From the IMG/VR virus record IMGVR_UViG_3300020046_001970: DNA of 64,000 nt; one strand, 5' to 3'. This document shows, piece after piece, positions 47,844 through 56,701 of this stretch. Under the pieces are notes generated by a model, which worked only from the letters and a program-made list of their open reading frames with translations, was not told the DNA's origin and did not search any database. Each line of letters begins with the position of its first letter. The stretch's first letter is position 1. Origin of the DNA: an uncultured virus (IMG/VR IMGVR_UViG_3300020046_001970). Taxonomy: Duplodnaviria > Heunggongvirae > Uroviricota > Caudoviricetes. Both the position numbers and the translations under genes were made by a program.

Positions 47844-48425
47844 ATGAGTAACTCAGGCGATAGGGTAGCTTCGGTATTGTCGATCGTACCTGTACATGGG
47901 GCTCCAAGGACAGATAAGAACGACTTGAAGGTCAAGCGAAAGCCTGGACGACCTCGTAAGGTTGAGCGAGCAGCTACGACAAGTGACCTAGAGTATCACG
48001 CTGAATTGGTCACAAAGCGTCAAGAGTTTATCGGTACTGACGAACTCGTCAAAGCCGTTGAGGCAAAAGACGGCCCACTCAACATCCTCTACCTCATCAA
48101 GAAGGAAGTCGCGAAGGAGGCAGCTAGCCTCCACTTCGAGCGAATTGAGACCGAGAAGCACGGTAGGGATACTGGCCAAGTTTCGACACGTCGAATTGAA
48201 GCCCTGAAGAAGATCGCAGACATTGAGCTTAAGATCAAGGAGCTAGACAACGAGTCTATCAACCTATCTAGCGAACGTATGCAGAAGGTCTTCCAGCAAT
48301 GGGTTGAGGCCCTCAGGGAGATTGCTCAAGAGACTATGCCTCCTGAGATGTTGGACTTGTTCTTCAATCGATTCTCCACGGCAATGGAAGGTTGGGAAGA
48401 GCGGGCAACGGGCGCACTCAAGTGA
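47844..48425 (+). CDS. AT-hook protein, candidate terminase small subunit
   Basis: KRKPGRPRK, helical, directly upstream of terL. Confidence 0.5.
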   Translation: MSNSGDRVASVLSIVPVHGAPRTDKNDLKVKRKPGRPRKVERAATTSDLEYHAELVTKRQEFIGTDELVKAVEAKDGPLNILYLIKKEVAKEAASLHFERIETEKHGRDTGQVSTRRIEALKKIADIELKIKELDNESINLSSERMQKVFQQWVEALREIAQETMPPEMLDLFFNRFSTAMEGWEERATGALK

Positions 48426-48428
48426 TCT

Positions 48429-51400
48429 ATGGCTCAAGATAAGAAACAGGTTGGGATTGCCAACCTCATCCGTAGTGCTGGGCACAGATCAAAGTCAACA
48501 GATAAGAACAGCAAAGCGGGGCTTCTCACGACCACCAAAAGTGGTCGTGAGATTCGTATTTTCGACATTCTGACCTACATTGAAGCCCCTTGGGGGCTCA
48601 ATATGACGTTGTACCCAGTACAACGGTTCATCGTCAAGCTCTACTACAACCTACCCCTAGATGAGGTCTTACCTGAGAACGTGAATCGTCAGATTCGGGT
48701 CTCAGACATGTTCAACAGCAAGATACTCTACACCTTCACGGAGAAGGAGTACCTCCACTACCTATTCAACGAGGGTCGCTGCAACATCAAAGAGCAGGAC
48801 CACATGCGGAGGCAACTTACACTTCCGATAGGTAGAAGAGCCGGGAAATGCAAGTCCCCTAAATCGTTAGTGATTACGTCAAATGGTCTCCTAGAGCTTT
48901 CAGAGTTAGGGGATGTTAATGGGCCTGAGTGGCAACCTCTTGCTATCACGGTCGCACAAGCTGGTGGACGTCAAGCGCAATCCTCGCACTTCTACAATAA
49001 CGGAGTAAGTCAAACCCGTAAGATTAAGCTACGCTGTGGTATTGAGGACGAAAGCACCCCCAACCATAGAGTAATGGTGCTGAGTAAAGATGGAGTTGTT
49101 GATTGGAAGTGCATGGGAGATGTCCAAGTAGGGGACTATGTAGCGGTCAATAGACAAACGGATCTTTGGCCGACTGCTATGTTTCCGGTACCTAAGGCTA
49201 AGTCGTGGACTCTCCCAGACGTAGTTGACGAGGACTTTGGATTATTTCTAGGGTACTTGGTAGGAGATGGTACTTGGGGGCAGGCTTCGTACTTAGAGCT
49301 TACCGGTTTGGAAGCTCAGGTTCGTAGATTTGCTCAAATCGCATCAAAAGTTTTAGGGCACCCTGGACGTTGCTACCCAGCAATAGGATCTGAAAATGGC
49401 TGGCGTTGGAGGTTTGATGGTGTGGGCGTAGGGGTTAACGGACCAGCTAGAGAAGTTAGAGGTGTCTTGCATGACCTTGGATTTAACCTCGACGTAGAAC
49501 GAGACAAGAAACGAGTCCCATTCTCTATTCGAAGATCCCCTAAGTCCGTTGTTTGTGCTTTCCTTCGTGGGCTATTTGAGACGGATGGATGTTCGGAAGA
49601 CTCTGGTCGGATTATTACTCTTTCTTCGTCTAGCTTTGAACTCGCCCGTGAAGTCCAACTGTTGTTGTTGAATTTAGGGGTGGTTACGCATATTGGATCG
49701 AAGTGGAACGCTAAGTACAAAAAGCACTACGCCATCCTTTCAATAAGGGGGGCGGAGTCTCGGGCAATTTTCTGCGAGCAGATCGGGTTTGACTCTGACA
49801 GAAAACAAGGACCCCTACTAGAGAAGGTAGCTCAGCAAAAGGTAAGGGCTGACAACAAGTCAGACACCGAAGCTATACCCAACCAATTTGATTGGTTACA
49901 GTCACTACTAGGCCTTATCCCTAAGCGGAATGCTTCTGCTGGCAAACCTGGGTGGGGGCGAAGCCTTCTACGTCAAGAGTTAGGTAATGCCATCAAACCA
50001 GGGTCCTCTGAGGACCTTAGTTACCCCAGATTACGTAAGGCTCTTGTTGTAGCGAGGAACTTAGGCGCTGAGGGTCCAGTTGTAGACCACTTCGAAGAGT
50101 TGCTGCGGCTCAATTACTTTTACGACCCAATTGTCTCGATAGAGGAGGGGGAAGCTCAGGTTTACGACTTGACCGTGCCAGACGGGGAGGCGTTTGTCGC
50201 CAATGGGATGGTCAACCACAATACGACTCTCTCAGCAATTTTCGCTAGTTACGAGCTGTACCGTCTCCTTTCTCTACATGATCCGCAGGAGTACTACGGA
50301 CTCCCGAACGGAAACCGCATACAAATCATTAGCGTTGCTACCGACAAGGACCAAGCAGGGCTGTTGTTCAATGACGTGACCGCGCACATGGCTAAGTGCG
50401 AGTTCTTCAAGCCGTACATTGCCAACAACACGCTATCCTACGTTCAGTTGAGAACCCCTAGTGACATAGAAAAGTACGGACCAACCAACAGGACGACAGA
50501 CGGCAAGTTTACGTCCTTCAACGGCAAGGCTTCAATCCGCGTAACCTTCAAAGCTAGTATCTCAAAGGGCCTTCGTGGAGCTGGTAACGTAGTCATCATC
50601 CTAGACGAGATGGCTCACTTCCAGGCTAATGGGTCTAGCTCTGCGAAGGACATCTACGACGCAATCACTCCCTCCGCAGCTGCCTTCTCTCAGAAGGACT
50701 TGAACACTGGGTTGCCGATCAATGGTTCAGAGACCGAATCTGAGGCTAGGATCATCGGTATCTCCTCCCCCTTGAATAAGGCAGGTAAGTTCTACGAGCT
50801 GTTTCACCTTGGCATGAGTCGAGGGGAAGGTTCGGAGAACATGCTTGTCATTCAAGCTCCGACTTGGGAGGTGAACCCTACCGTACCTACGAGCTACTAT
50901 AGGGCAAAGTACCATGAGGACCCTACGGTTTTCATGACAGAGCATGGGGCTCTATTCTCTGACCGTGTACGAGGTTGGATCGAGCGTGAGCAGGATCTTA
51001 CGTCCTGTATACGCTCAGACCTACGCCCAAGGTCTTACGGGCCGGTCCGCTACCCGCATCAGATGGGTCTTGACGTGGGTATGGTAGGGGACGGGACGAC
51101 TGTAGCCATTACTCACTGCGAGGGTCAAAACGTCATTCTAGACTACCACGAGGCGTGGTACGCAGGAGTGTCGTGGAAGGAATCGAACCCTCACCTCACT
51201 GCCCCTCTAGTAGACTACGCCAAGATGCTAGAGACGGTAGAGCGGTTGGACTTTGATGAGATTGCTAATTGGATCGTCACGTTATCCAAGAAATTCTACC
51301 TGACGTCTGGGATCTTCGATAGGTGGAACGGGCTACCCTTAGAGCAAGCGCTGCACAAAAAGGGGCTCAAGCAATTCAAGAGTGAGTTCTTCACCCGAGA

Positions 51401-51788
51401 CGACCGAAGTCGAATGTTTCAGGCCATGAAGCTCATGTTGTTCGATCATCGTATTGTCCTGTACGATTGGCCGATAACAGCGGATGGGAAGGCTAAGCAC
51501 AGCCCCCTGATTGAAGAGCTGTTGAGTCTGCAAGCCACTCAGATGGCTAAGAACCAGATCCTAGTGGAGGCCCCCAAGATCCTTGGGGCGCACGATGACG
51601 TTTCAGATGCGTTGGTACGTGCCGTGTGGCTCTCGTTAGAGCAAGTCTCCAACCAAAAGTCTACGGCTCGACCTGAGGGAAGTAGTAGCCTCGCTCGTGG
51701 GTCGTCATTACAAGGGTACCAAGTACGCAGGGCCCGTAACCATGGGGTGTTGCTAGATCGTAACGTGCGAGGGTTACGTCGGCGATAA
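48429..51788 (+). CDS. terL: terminase large subunit with intein
   Basis: Walker A GRRAGK|TT, IILDEMAHF, GISSP, GLDVG, HDDVSDA. Confidence 0.93.
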   Translation: MAQDKKQVGIANLIRSAGHRSKSTDKNSKAGLLTTTKSGREIRIFDILTYIEAPWGLNMTLYPVQRFIVKLYYNLPLDEVLPENVNRQIRVSDMFNSKILYTFTEKEYLHYLFNEGRCNIKEQDHMRRQLTLPIGRRAGKCKSPKSLVITSNGLLELSELGDVNGPEWQPLAITVAQAGGRQAQSSHFYNNGVSQTRKIKLRCGIEDESTPNHRVMVLSKDGVVDWKCMGDVQVGDYVAVNRQTDLWPTAMFPVPKAKSWTLPDVVDEDFGLFLGYLVGDGTWGQASYLELTGLEAQVRRFAQIASKVLGHPGRCYPAIGSENGWRWRFDGVGVGVNGPAREVRGVLHDLGFNLDVERDKKRVPFSIRRSPKSVVCAFLRGLFETDGCSEDSGRIITLSSSSFELAREVQLLLLNLGVVTHIGSKWNAKYKKHYAILSIRGAESRAIFCEQIGFDSDRKQGPLLEKVAQQKVRADNKSDTEAIPNQFDWLQSLLGLIPKRNASAGKPGWGRSLLRQELGNAIKPGSSEDLSYPRLRKALVVARNLGAEGPVVDHFEELLRLNYFYDPIVSIEEGEAQVYDLTVPDGEAFVANGMVNHNTTLSAIFASYELYRLLSLHDPQEYYGLPNGNRIQIISVATDKDQAGLLFNDVTAHMAKCEFFKPYIANNTLSYVQLRTPSDIEKYGPTNRTTDGKFTSFNGKASIRVTFKASISKGLRGAGNVVIILDEMAHFQANGSSSAKDIYDAITPSAAAFSQKDLNTGLPINGSETESEARIIGISSPLNKAGKFYELFHLGMSRGEGSENMLVIQAPTWEVNPTVPTSYYRAKYHEDPTVFMTEHGALFSDRVRGWIEREQDLTSCIRSDLRPRSYGPVRYPHQMGLDVGMVGDGTTVAITHCEGQNVILDYHEAWYAGVSWKESNPHLTAPLVDYAKMLETVERLDFDEIANWIVTLSKKFYLTSGIFDRWNGLPLEQALHKKGLKQFKSEFFTRDDRSRMFQAMKLMLFDHRIVLYDWPITADGKAKHSPLIEELLSLQATQMAKNQILVEAPKILGAHDDVSDALVRAVWLSLEQVSNQKSTARPEGSSSLARGSSLQGYQVRRARNHGVLLDRNVRGLRRR
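48849..50222 (+). mobile_element. LAGLIDADG intein (458 aa) in the terminase Walker A
   Basis: starts Cys, TPNH, FLGYLVGDG, FLRGLFETDG, VYDLTV..NGMVNHN|T. Confidence 0.95.
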
Positions 51789-51812
51789 TGTCCCTGTACG
51801 GAAAGCTATACA

Positions 51813-52850
51813 ATGGATCCAGTAGTTCGGGCAGTTGTAGCCAAGTACAAAGAGAAGCTAATCTCTGAGAAGGGGAATACCGTCTACTTGTACAGTGAGC
51901 GTCAAGTCGCTTCTCGCAATCGCCAGAAGGCTGAGCGGGTTGAAAAGCTACGCAACCATATCAGTAAGTTGCGAACGCAGGTCAAGGAGGACCTCAAGAG
52001 TGAGGACCCTAAGAAGAAGCTTACCGCTCTCGCAGTTGCCCTAATCGACCACACCTACGAGCGAGTAGGAAATGACGGGTCTGCGGAAAATGGGCACTAT
52101 GGGGTAACAGGTTGGCAAAAGCAGCATGTTACGTTTGGTAAAGGCTCCGCTACAATCAAGTATGTAGGGAAGTCTGGAGTGAAGCACGAGAAGAAGGTCA
52201 CGGATGCTTCCATTCTCAAAGCATTGAAGGCTGCGTGGGAGTCAGTAGAGTCTGCAAAGTTGGGTATCTTTGATGCAGATGGAGCTAAGGTATCATCTAG
52301 AGACGTGAACTCCTACCTTGAGGCATTTAAGATCACTGCGAAGGATTTACGTGGATTTCACGCGAATCGTGAGATGCAAGAACGACTTAAGGTCTTGCGA
52401 GGTAAGGGCGGCAAGCTACCTGAGGACAAGAAGGCTCGGGAGAAGAAACTCAAAGACGAGTTTCAGGAGGCCTTGGAGGGTACAGCCGAGATTGTAGGGC
52501 ATGAGTCGGCTACTCTACGAAAACAGTATCTAGTCTCCTCTATCGAAGAGGCCTACCTAAAGGACGGTACTGTCGTGGAAAAGCTAACGAAGTCTGCTAT
52601 GGATTGCCAGCCTGACCCGCCTTTGCTTTTCGCGAATAGGATCATACGGCAGCTTGTCGACCACATGGCATCCTCAGACTTGGTCATTGACGAGGCTGAC
52701 TTCAACAACCTGCGTTCTGTCTTTCGTAGGTGCCAGGGCAGTTGGGAGAAGGTGTTGAGTGGGGACCCTGTTCACACTGAACTATTGAAGACCATCGTAA
52801 GTACCTGGACGCAACTACCTGAGCGTAAGCAGGACATGGAGCGTACCTGA
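51813..52850 (+). CDS. type IB DNA topoisomerase
   Basis: ERVGN, YVGKSG, TAKDLRGFHAN, VGH, LRKQY. Confidence 0.88.
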   Translation: MDPVVRAVVAKYKEKLISEKGNTVYLYSERQVASRNRQKAERVEKLRNHISKLRTQVKEDLKSEDPKKKLTALAVALIDHTYERVGNDGSAENGHYGVTGWQKQHVTFGKGSATIKYVGKSGVKHEKKVTDASILKALKAAWESVESAKLGIFDADGAKVSSRDVNSYLEAFKITAKDLRGFHANREMQERLKVLRGKGGKLPEDKKAREKKLKDEFQEALEGTAEIVGHESATLRKQYLVSSIEEAYLKDGTVVEKLTKSAMDCQPDPPLLFANRIIRQLVDHMASSDLVIDEADFNNLRSVFRRCQGSWEKVLSGDPVHTELLKTIVSTWTQLPERKQDMERT

Positions 52851-52851
52851 G

Positions 52852-53370
52852 ATGGATTTGCCTCGCACACGAGACTGCATTGTTTTGGTTAAGGGGGATA
52901 GTTACCCGGTAGCCATTTCAGCTGCATTAGCCACTGGAGGGTGGCAGGGAGGCCAGGGAGTTCAGTGGTCAACTCCTACCCGAGACAACTTCGTGGTAAC
53001 CTACTCGGATGGTCTCTACGCAGGGTTCCTTCTTTGGGGTAGTGATGAGCTAGGGGACAAACACACGGGTATGTCTGGCAACCAGCCCCACTACAGATTT
53101 GCAACCTGTGGTGCTGGGGGGTGGTTGATTACGACTCGTACCTACGAGAAGTACACTTACGCTTCTCGTATTGGAGGTGGTCCGCTTGTTCCAATTGTGT
53201 ATTCCGCAAGTGATCGACTAGTCTTCAGTCTGCGAGGATGGCTGACGAAGGAAGACGAGTGGGCCCTTTCAGGTGACCCTCGTGCCCCAAACACGTACTA
53301 CATAGCTTTCGTATCTCAACCCCCTACGGCAGCGACTGAGTATTACTTAGGGGTTCAGGTGAGCATATGA
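52852..53370 (+). CDS. putative virion protein, paralogue 1 of 3
   Basis: RDC..KGD, GGWQGGQGV.W, YTYASRIGGGPLVP. Confidence 0.8.
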   Translation: MDLPRTRDCIVLVKGDSYPVAISAALATGGWQGGQGVQWSTPTRDNFVVTYSDGLYAGFLLWGSDELGDKHTGMSGNQPHYRFATCGAGGWLITTRTYEKYTYASRIGGGPLVPIVYSASDRLVFSLRGWLTKEDEWALSGDPRAPNTYYIAFVSQPPTAATEYYLGVQVSI

Positions 53371-53897
53371 TTGGCCCACTGTCCTTTCCACGAGAGCGTG
53401 ACTGCTACACCATCTTCAAAGGGGATGCCTACCCAGTAGCCATCTCTCCTGCGATGCGGGCTGGAGGGTGGCAGGGAGGTCAAGGTGTTAAGTGGGTGGA
53501 CTCTCCTAGGGATGAGTTCATGGTGACCTACTCAGATGGCCTATACGGAGGAATTCTTCTCTGGGGGTCAGACGAGAGTTCCGACCGGTTTGCCTCTCTC
53601 ACTGGAACTCAGCCTCAATACGGATTTGGTACCTTTTGTGCGGGTGGTTGGCTCCTTGCCACGAGAACCTTCGAACGATACACCTATGCGTCTCGCATAG
53701 GTGGGGGCCCTCTAGTTCCTCTGACCTACGTAGTCGGTGAACGTCTTGTACTTTCTCTACGGGGCTGGTTGACCAAACAGGACGAGTGGACTCTCACTGC
53801 GGACCCTAGAGGAGCAAACGGCTACTATCTAGCTTCAGTTGTCCAAGCACCGTCTGCGGATAACAACTACTACATTACGGTTCAGACCAGCATCTAA
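53367..53897 (+). CDS. putative virion protein, paralogue 2 of 3
   Basis: same motifs. Confidence 0.8.
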   Translation: MIGPLSFPRERDCYTIFKGDAYPVAISPAMRAGGWQGGQGVKWVDSPRDEFMVTYSDGLYGGILLWGSDESSDRFASLTGTQPQYGFGTFCAGGWLLATRTFERYTYASRIGGGPLVPLTYVVGERLVLSLRGWLTKQDEWTLTADPRGANGYYLASVVQAPSADNNYYITVQTSI

Positions 53898-53908
53898 CTG
53901 TTAAGCCA

Positions 53909-54427
53909 ATGCCTGAAATCCTCCGATTCCGAGACTGCATAGTATTCTTTAAGGGCGACACTCAGACTGTCGCTGTTTCCCCTGCTATGGTTGCTGGAGG
54001 TTGGCCAGGAGGTCAAGGAGTTCAATGGGTAGCCTCAACCTCAGATGAGCGGGTAGTTACTTACTCCGAGGGCCTCTATGGGGGCTTTCTCATTCACGGT
54101 TCGGATGAGGTTGGGGACAGGTTTACAGCGGTCACAAGACAGCAGCCTGTGTACAAGTATGCTACAATGTTCTCAGGAGGTTGTCTAATTTCGACAAGTA
54201 GCTACGAGCGATACACCTACGCGTCTCGCATAGGTGGGGGCCCTCTAGTTCCTCTGACCTACCAGGTGCAAGACATCCTCTACTTGTCGAAAAGAGGGTT
54301 GTGGACCAAAGAGAACGAACTGACTCTGTCGGGTAGTCCTCTGGCCCCTGCATTCTTTACTGGGTTTGTGGCTCAGACCCCCAAAGCTAGCAACCAGCTC
54401 TTTTTGGGCATTCAGACATCAATGTAG
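53909..54427 (+). CDS. putative virion protein, paralogue 3 of 3
   Basis: same motifs. Confidence 0.8.
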   Translation: MPEILRFRDCIVFFKGDTQTVAVSPAMVAGGWPGGQGVQWVASTSDERVVTYSEGLYGGFLIHGSDEVGDRFTAVTRQQPVYKYATMFSGGCLISTSSYERYTYASRIGGGPLVPLTYQVQDILYLSKRGLWTKENELTLSGSPLAPAFFTGFVAQTPKASNQLFLGIQTSM

Positions 54428-54431
54428 GCAA

Positions 54432-54881
54432 ATGAAAACCATAGACAGAATGACAGCTGCTGAGTTGTGCGTAGAGTCAACTCGACTACGAGGTAGTTTG
54501 GTTACCTCCATTGAGCAGTTGCGTGGATTGTACGAGCTTCTCCAACGGAAGGCTAAGTTGGAGCTACGTGAGGTTGCAACCACTACCAGAAGTAAGACCG
54601 CACATGACCCTATGGAGACGGCTAGGGTACATCTTGCGATTGCTTCTGCTGGGCAAAGATTCACGGGTATGGTGCTGCATGCAACTCGTAGGTTAGGGGC
54701 ATTCGACCGAACATTGAAACGCGATGAAGTCGCCCAAGGTCTACACCCACAAGACCGACCAGCCCCTCAAAAAGCTAAAGCTGCCCCTAAGAGTGCAGGG
54801 AAGGACCCAATCCTTCAACAGGTATTGTCCTTACCTACTGTAGTTGACGACTTAGATGAGTTGTATGGAGATGCTACCTAA
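54432..54881 (+). CDS. hypothetical protein
   Basis: ORF between the paralogues and the portal. Confidence 0.65.
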   Translation: MKTIDRMTAAELCVESTRLRGSLVTSIEQLRGLYELLQRKAKLELREVATTTRSKTAHDPMETARVHLAIASAGQRFTGMVLHATRRLGAFDRTLKRDEVAQGLHPQDRPAPQKAKAAPKSAGKDPILQQVLSLPTVVDDLDELYGDAT

Positions 54882-56671
54882 TGTCCACGTTCACCAACAC
54901 TCCTAGCTTTAAGTCCACGACTATAGCCGTTAGCCCGTCTCGTAAGGTGTACAGCCCTTACGTATCGCAGAGTAGTAAGATGTCGAACCTTACTGACAAG
55001 GAACGGGCTGCAAGAAAGCTTACCAAGTTGGGTAGCAGTTTTGGGGGAGGTGGGATGAACACCTCAGTCTCAAGTCAATCCTCTTTCTTTAGTCCCCAGC
55101 TATCGACTGACTTCCTTGAGCTTCCTCAGAGTATACGCGAACGACGCGAACTTTTCCGTCATTTCTATGACTCTGACCCTATTGTAGGTCAGGCCATTGA
55201 TCTACACACGGATCTTCCCCTCTCCAAGATTCGTCTTGCGAAGCCCACTCCTAGGACCTGTCCAAGTCGATTTAAGAGTCCAGAGGACTACGCAAACTAC
55301 ATTCTAGCGTTTTTCAATAGGATGGTAAAGCGGGTCAAGCTATTTCAGCGGTTGATTACGGCTACTCACCACTACCACCTCGATGGGAATGTCTTTATCT
55401 TTGCAGAGGATGGTACCGTAGAGGTTCCAGCTGAGGTGGGGCAGACTACGGTAAAGCAGGCAAGCGCAGTCCTAGCGGATGACGGCACAACCAAAGAGGT
55501 AGTTACCGAGGAATCGGTAGACTATGAGGATAGGGAGGACAGGGAGTTAGCCTACTACCAGCGACACTACAAGGGTTGGGACAAGATCATCATTCTCCCA
55601 ATCGATCAGGTTGCGGTTCGGTCCATGACTTACACGGATAAGGTCAAGTTGAGTCTGATCCCATCCGATAGAGATAGGGCCCTTATTACTCAGGCGAGTG
55701 CTGGGGATGAGGAGGCTATGAGCATGGTGGAGGAGATTCCACCTGAGGTTAGGGACTACATCGAGACCGGCAAACTCATCCCCCTGGGTACAGACCCTGA
55801 TGAGGGTTCGTTTTGTTACCACCTGAAGTCTCGGGCAGGTTCGGGGGAGGAGTTGGGGGCGAGCATCCTAAATCGTTGCCTCCGTGACCTGATGTACAGG
55901 GAGAAGCTTCGACAAGCCCAGACTCAAATCGCATCTAGGGCTATGACACCGAAGCGGCTCGTGTGGGGCGAGAACCTTTCTGAGGGAGACACTGAAGACC
56001 TTCGAGAGCAAGTAGACCTAGCGCTTGTAGACCCAGACTACTCGATTGTCACCAACTACGAAGTGCATTGGGAGGAGATAGGGGCGAGAGATCGACTCCT
56101 AGACCTGTCGGGTGAGTACGAGATCACCGATAAGCACTTGTATGCCGGACTAGGAGTCACGGAAAGTATCCTAACTGGCGAAAGCACCTTCTCTGGAGAC
56201 CGTGTAAAGCTGGAAGTGCTCAACACGAAGTATGTCCTCTTCCGAGAGGTCATTCAAGAGTACGTAGAGGAGAACCTATTCAAGCCAGTTGCTAGACGTA
56301 AGGGGTTCGTTGAACTTGATGAGTGGGGGGAGGAAGAGGTAGTACTGTATCCTCGGCTATCCTTTACTCGCCTAGCGCTACGCGATAGCCAGGATACCTT
56401 TGATGCTCTTCTTAACCTGTACCAGAAGGGGAGCTTGTCCATCGATGTCATTCTGGAGCTGTTCAACATTGACCCAGTAGACACCAAGGAAAAGATTGAG
56501 CGTGACATGTTCACGGTCAACGATGCCCTCTTCAATGAGGTCATTCGAGGAATCTACGGTGAGGTTGGTAGGGGTATTGCAGAGAAGACTGACGTTATGG
56601 CCAAGATTGCGGCATACCTCAAGTTGGAAGTAACCCCAGAGGCTCCTGCTGAAGCTGAGGGTAGGTTCTAA
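54881..56671 (+). CDS. probable portal protein
   Basis: 596 aa, FYDSDPIVGQAIDLH, GASILNRC, YAGLGVTESILTGE; lies between terL and the protease. Confidence 0.75.
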   Translation: MSTFTNTPSFKSTTIAVSPSRKVYSPYVSQSSKMSNLTDKERAARKLTKLGSSFGGGGMNTSVSSQSSFFSPQLSTDFLELPQSIRERRELFRHFYDSDPIVGQAIDLHTDLPLSKIRLAKPTPRTCPSRFKSPEDYANYILAFFNRMVKRVKLFQRLITATHHYHLDGNVFIFAEDGTVEVPAEVGQTTVKQASAVLADDGTTKEVVTEESVDYEDREDRELAYYQRHYKGWDKIIILPIDQVAVRSMTYTDKVKLSLIPSDRDRALITQASAGDEEAMSMVEEIPPEVRDYIETGKLIPLGTDPDEGSFCYHLKSRAGSGEELGASILNRCLRDLMYREKLRQAQTQIASRAMTPKRLVWGENLSEGDTEDLREQVDLALVDPDYSIVTNYEVHWEEIGARDRLLDLSGEYEITDKHLYAGLGVTESILTGESTFSGDRVKLEVLNTKYVLFREVIQEYVEENLFKPVARRKGFVELDEWGEEEVVLYPRLSFTRLALRDSQDTFDALLNLYQKGSLSIDVILELFNIDPVDTKEKIERDMFTVNDALFNEVIRGIYGEVGRGIAEKTDVMAKIAAYLKLEVTPEAPAEAEGRF

Positions 56672-56701
56672 TACTTGGTTTGTTACTTAGGTAAGGCGAC
56701 C

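Noticed and set aside
53676..54262. Diversity-generating retroelement TR/VR pair
   Set aside because: The single mismatch is T/C rather than adenine-specific, both copies are coding, and no reverse transcriptase is present.
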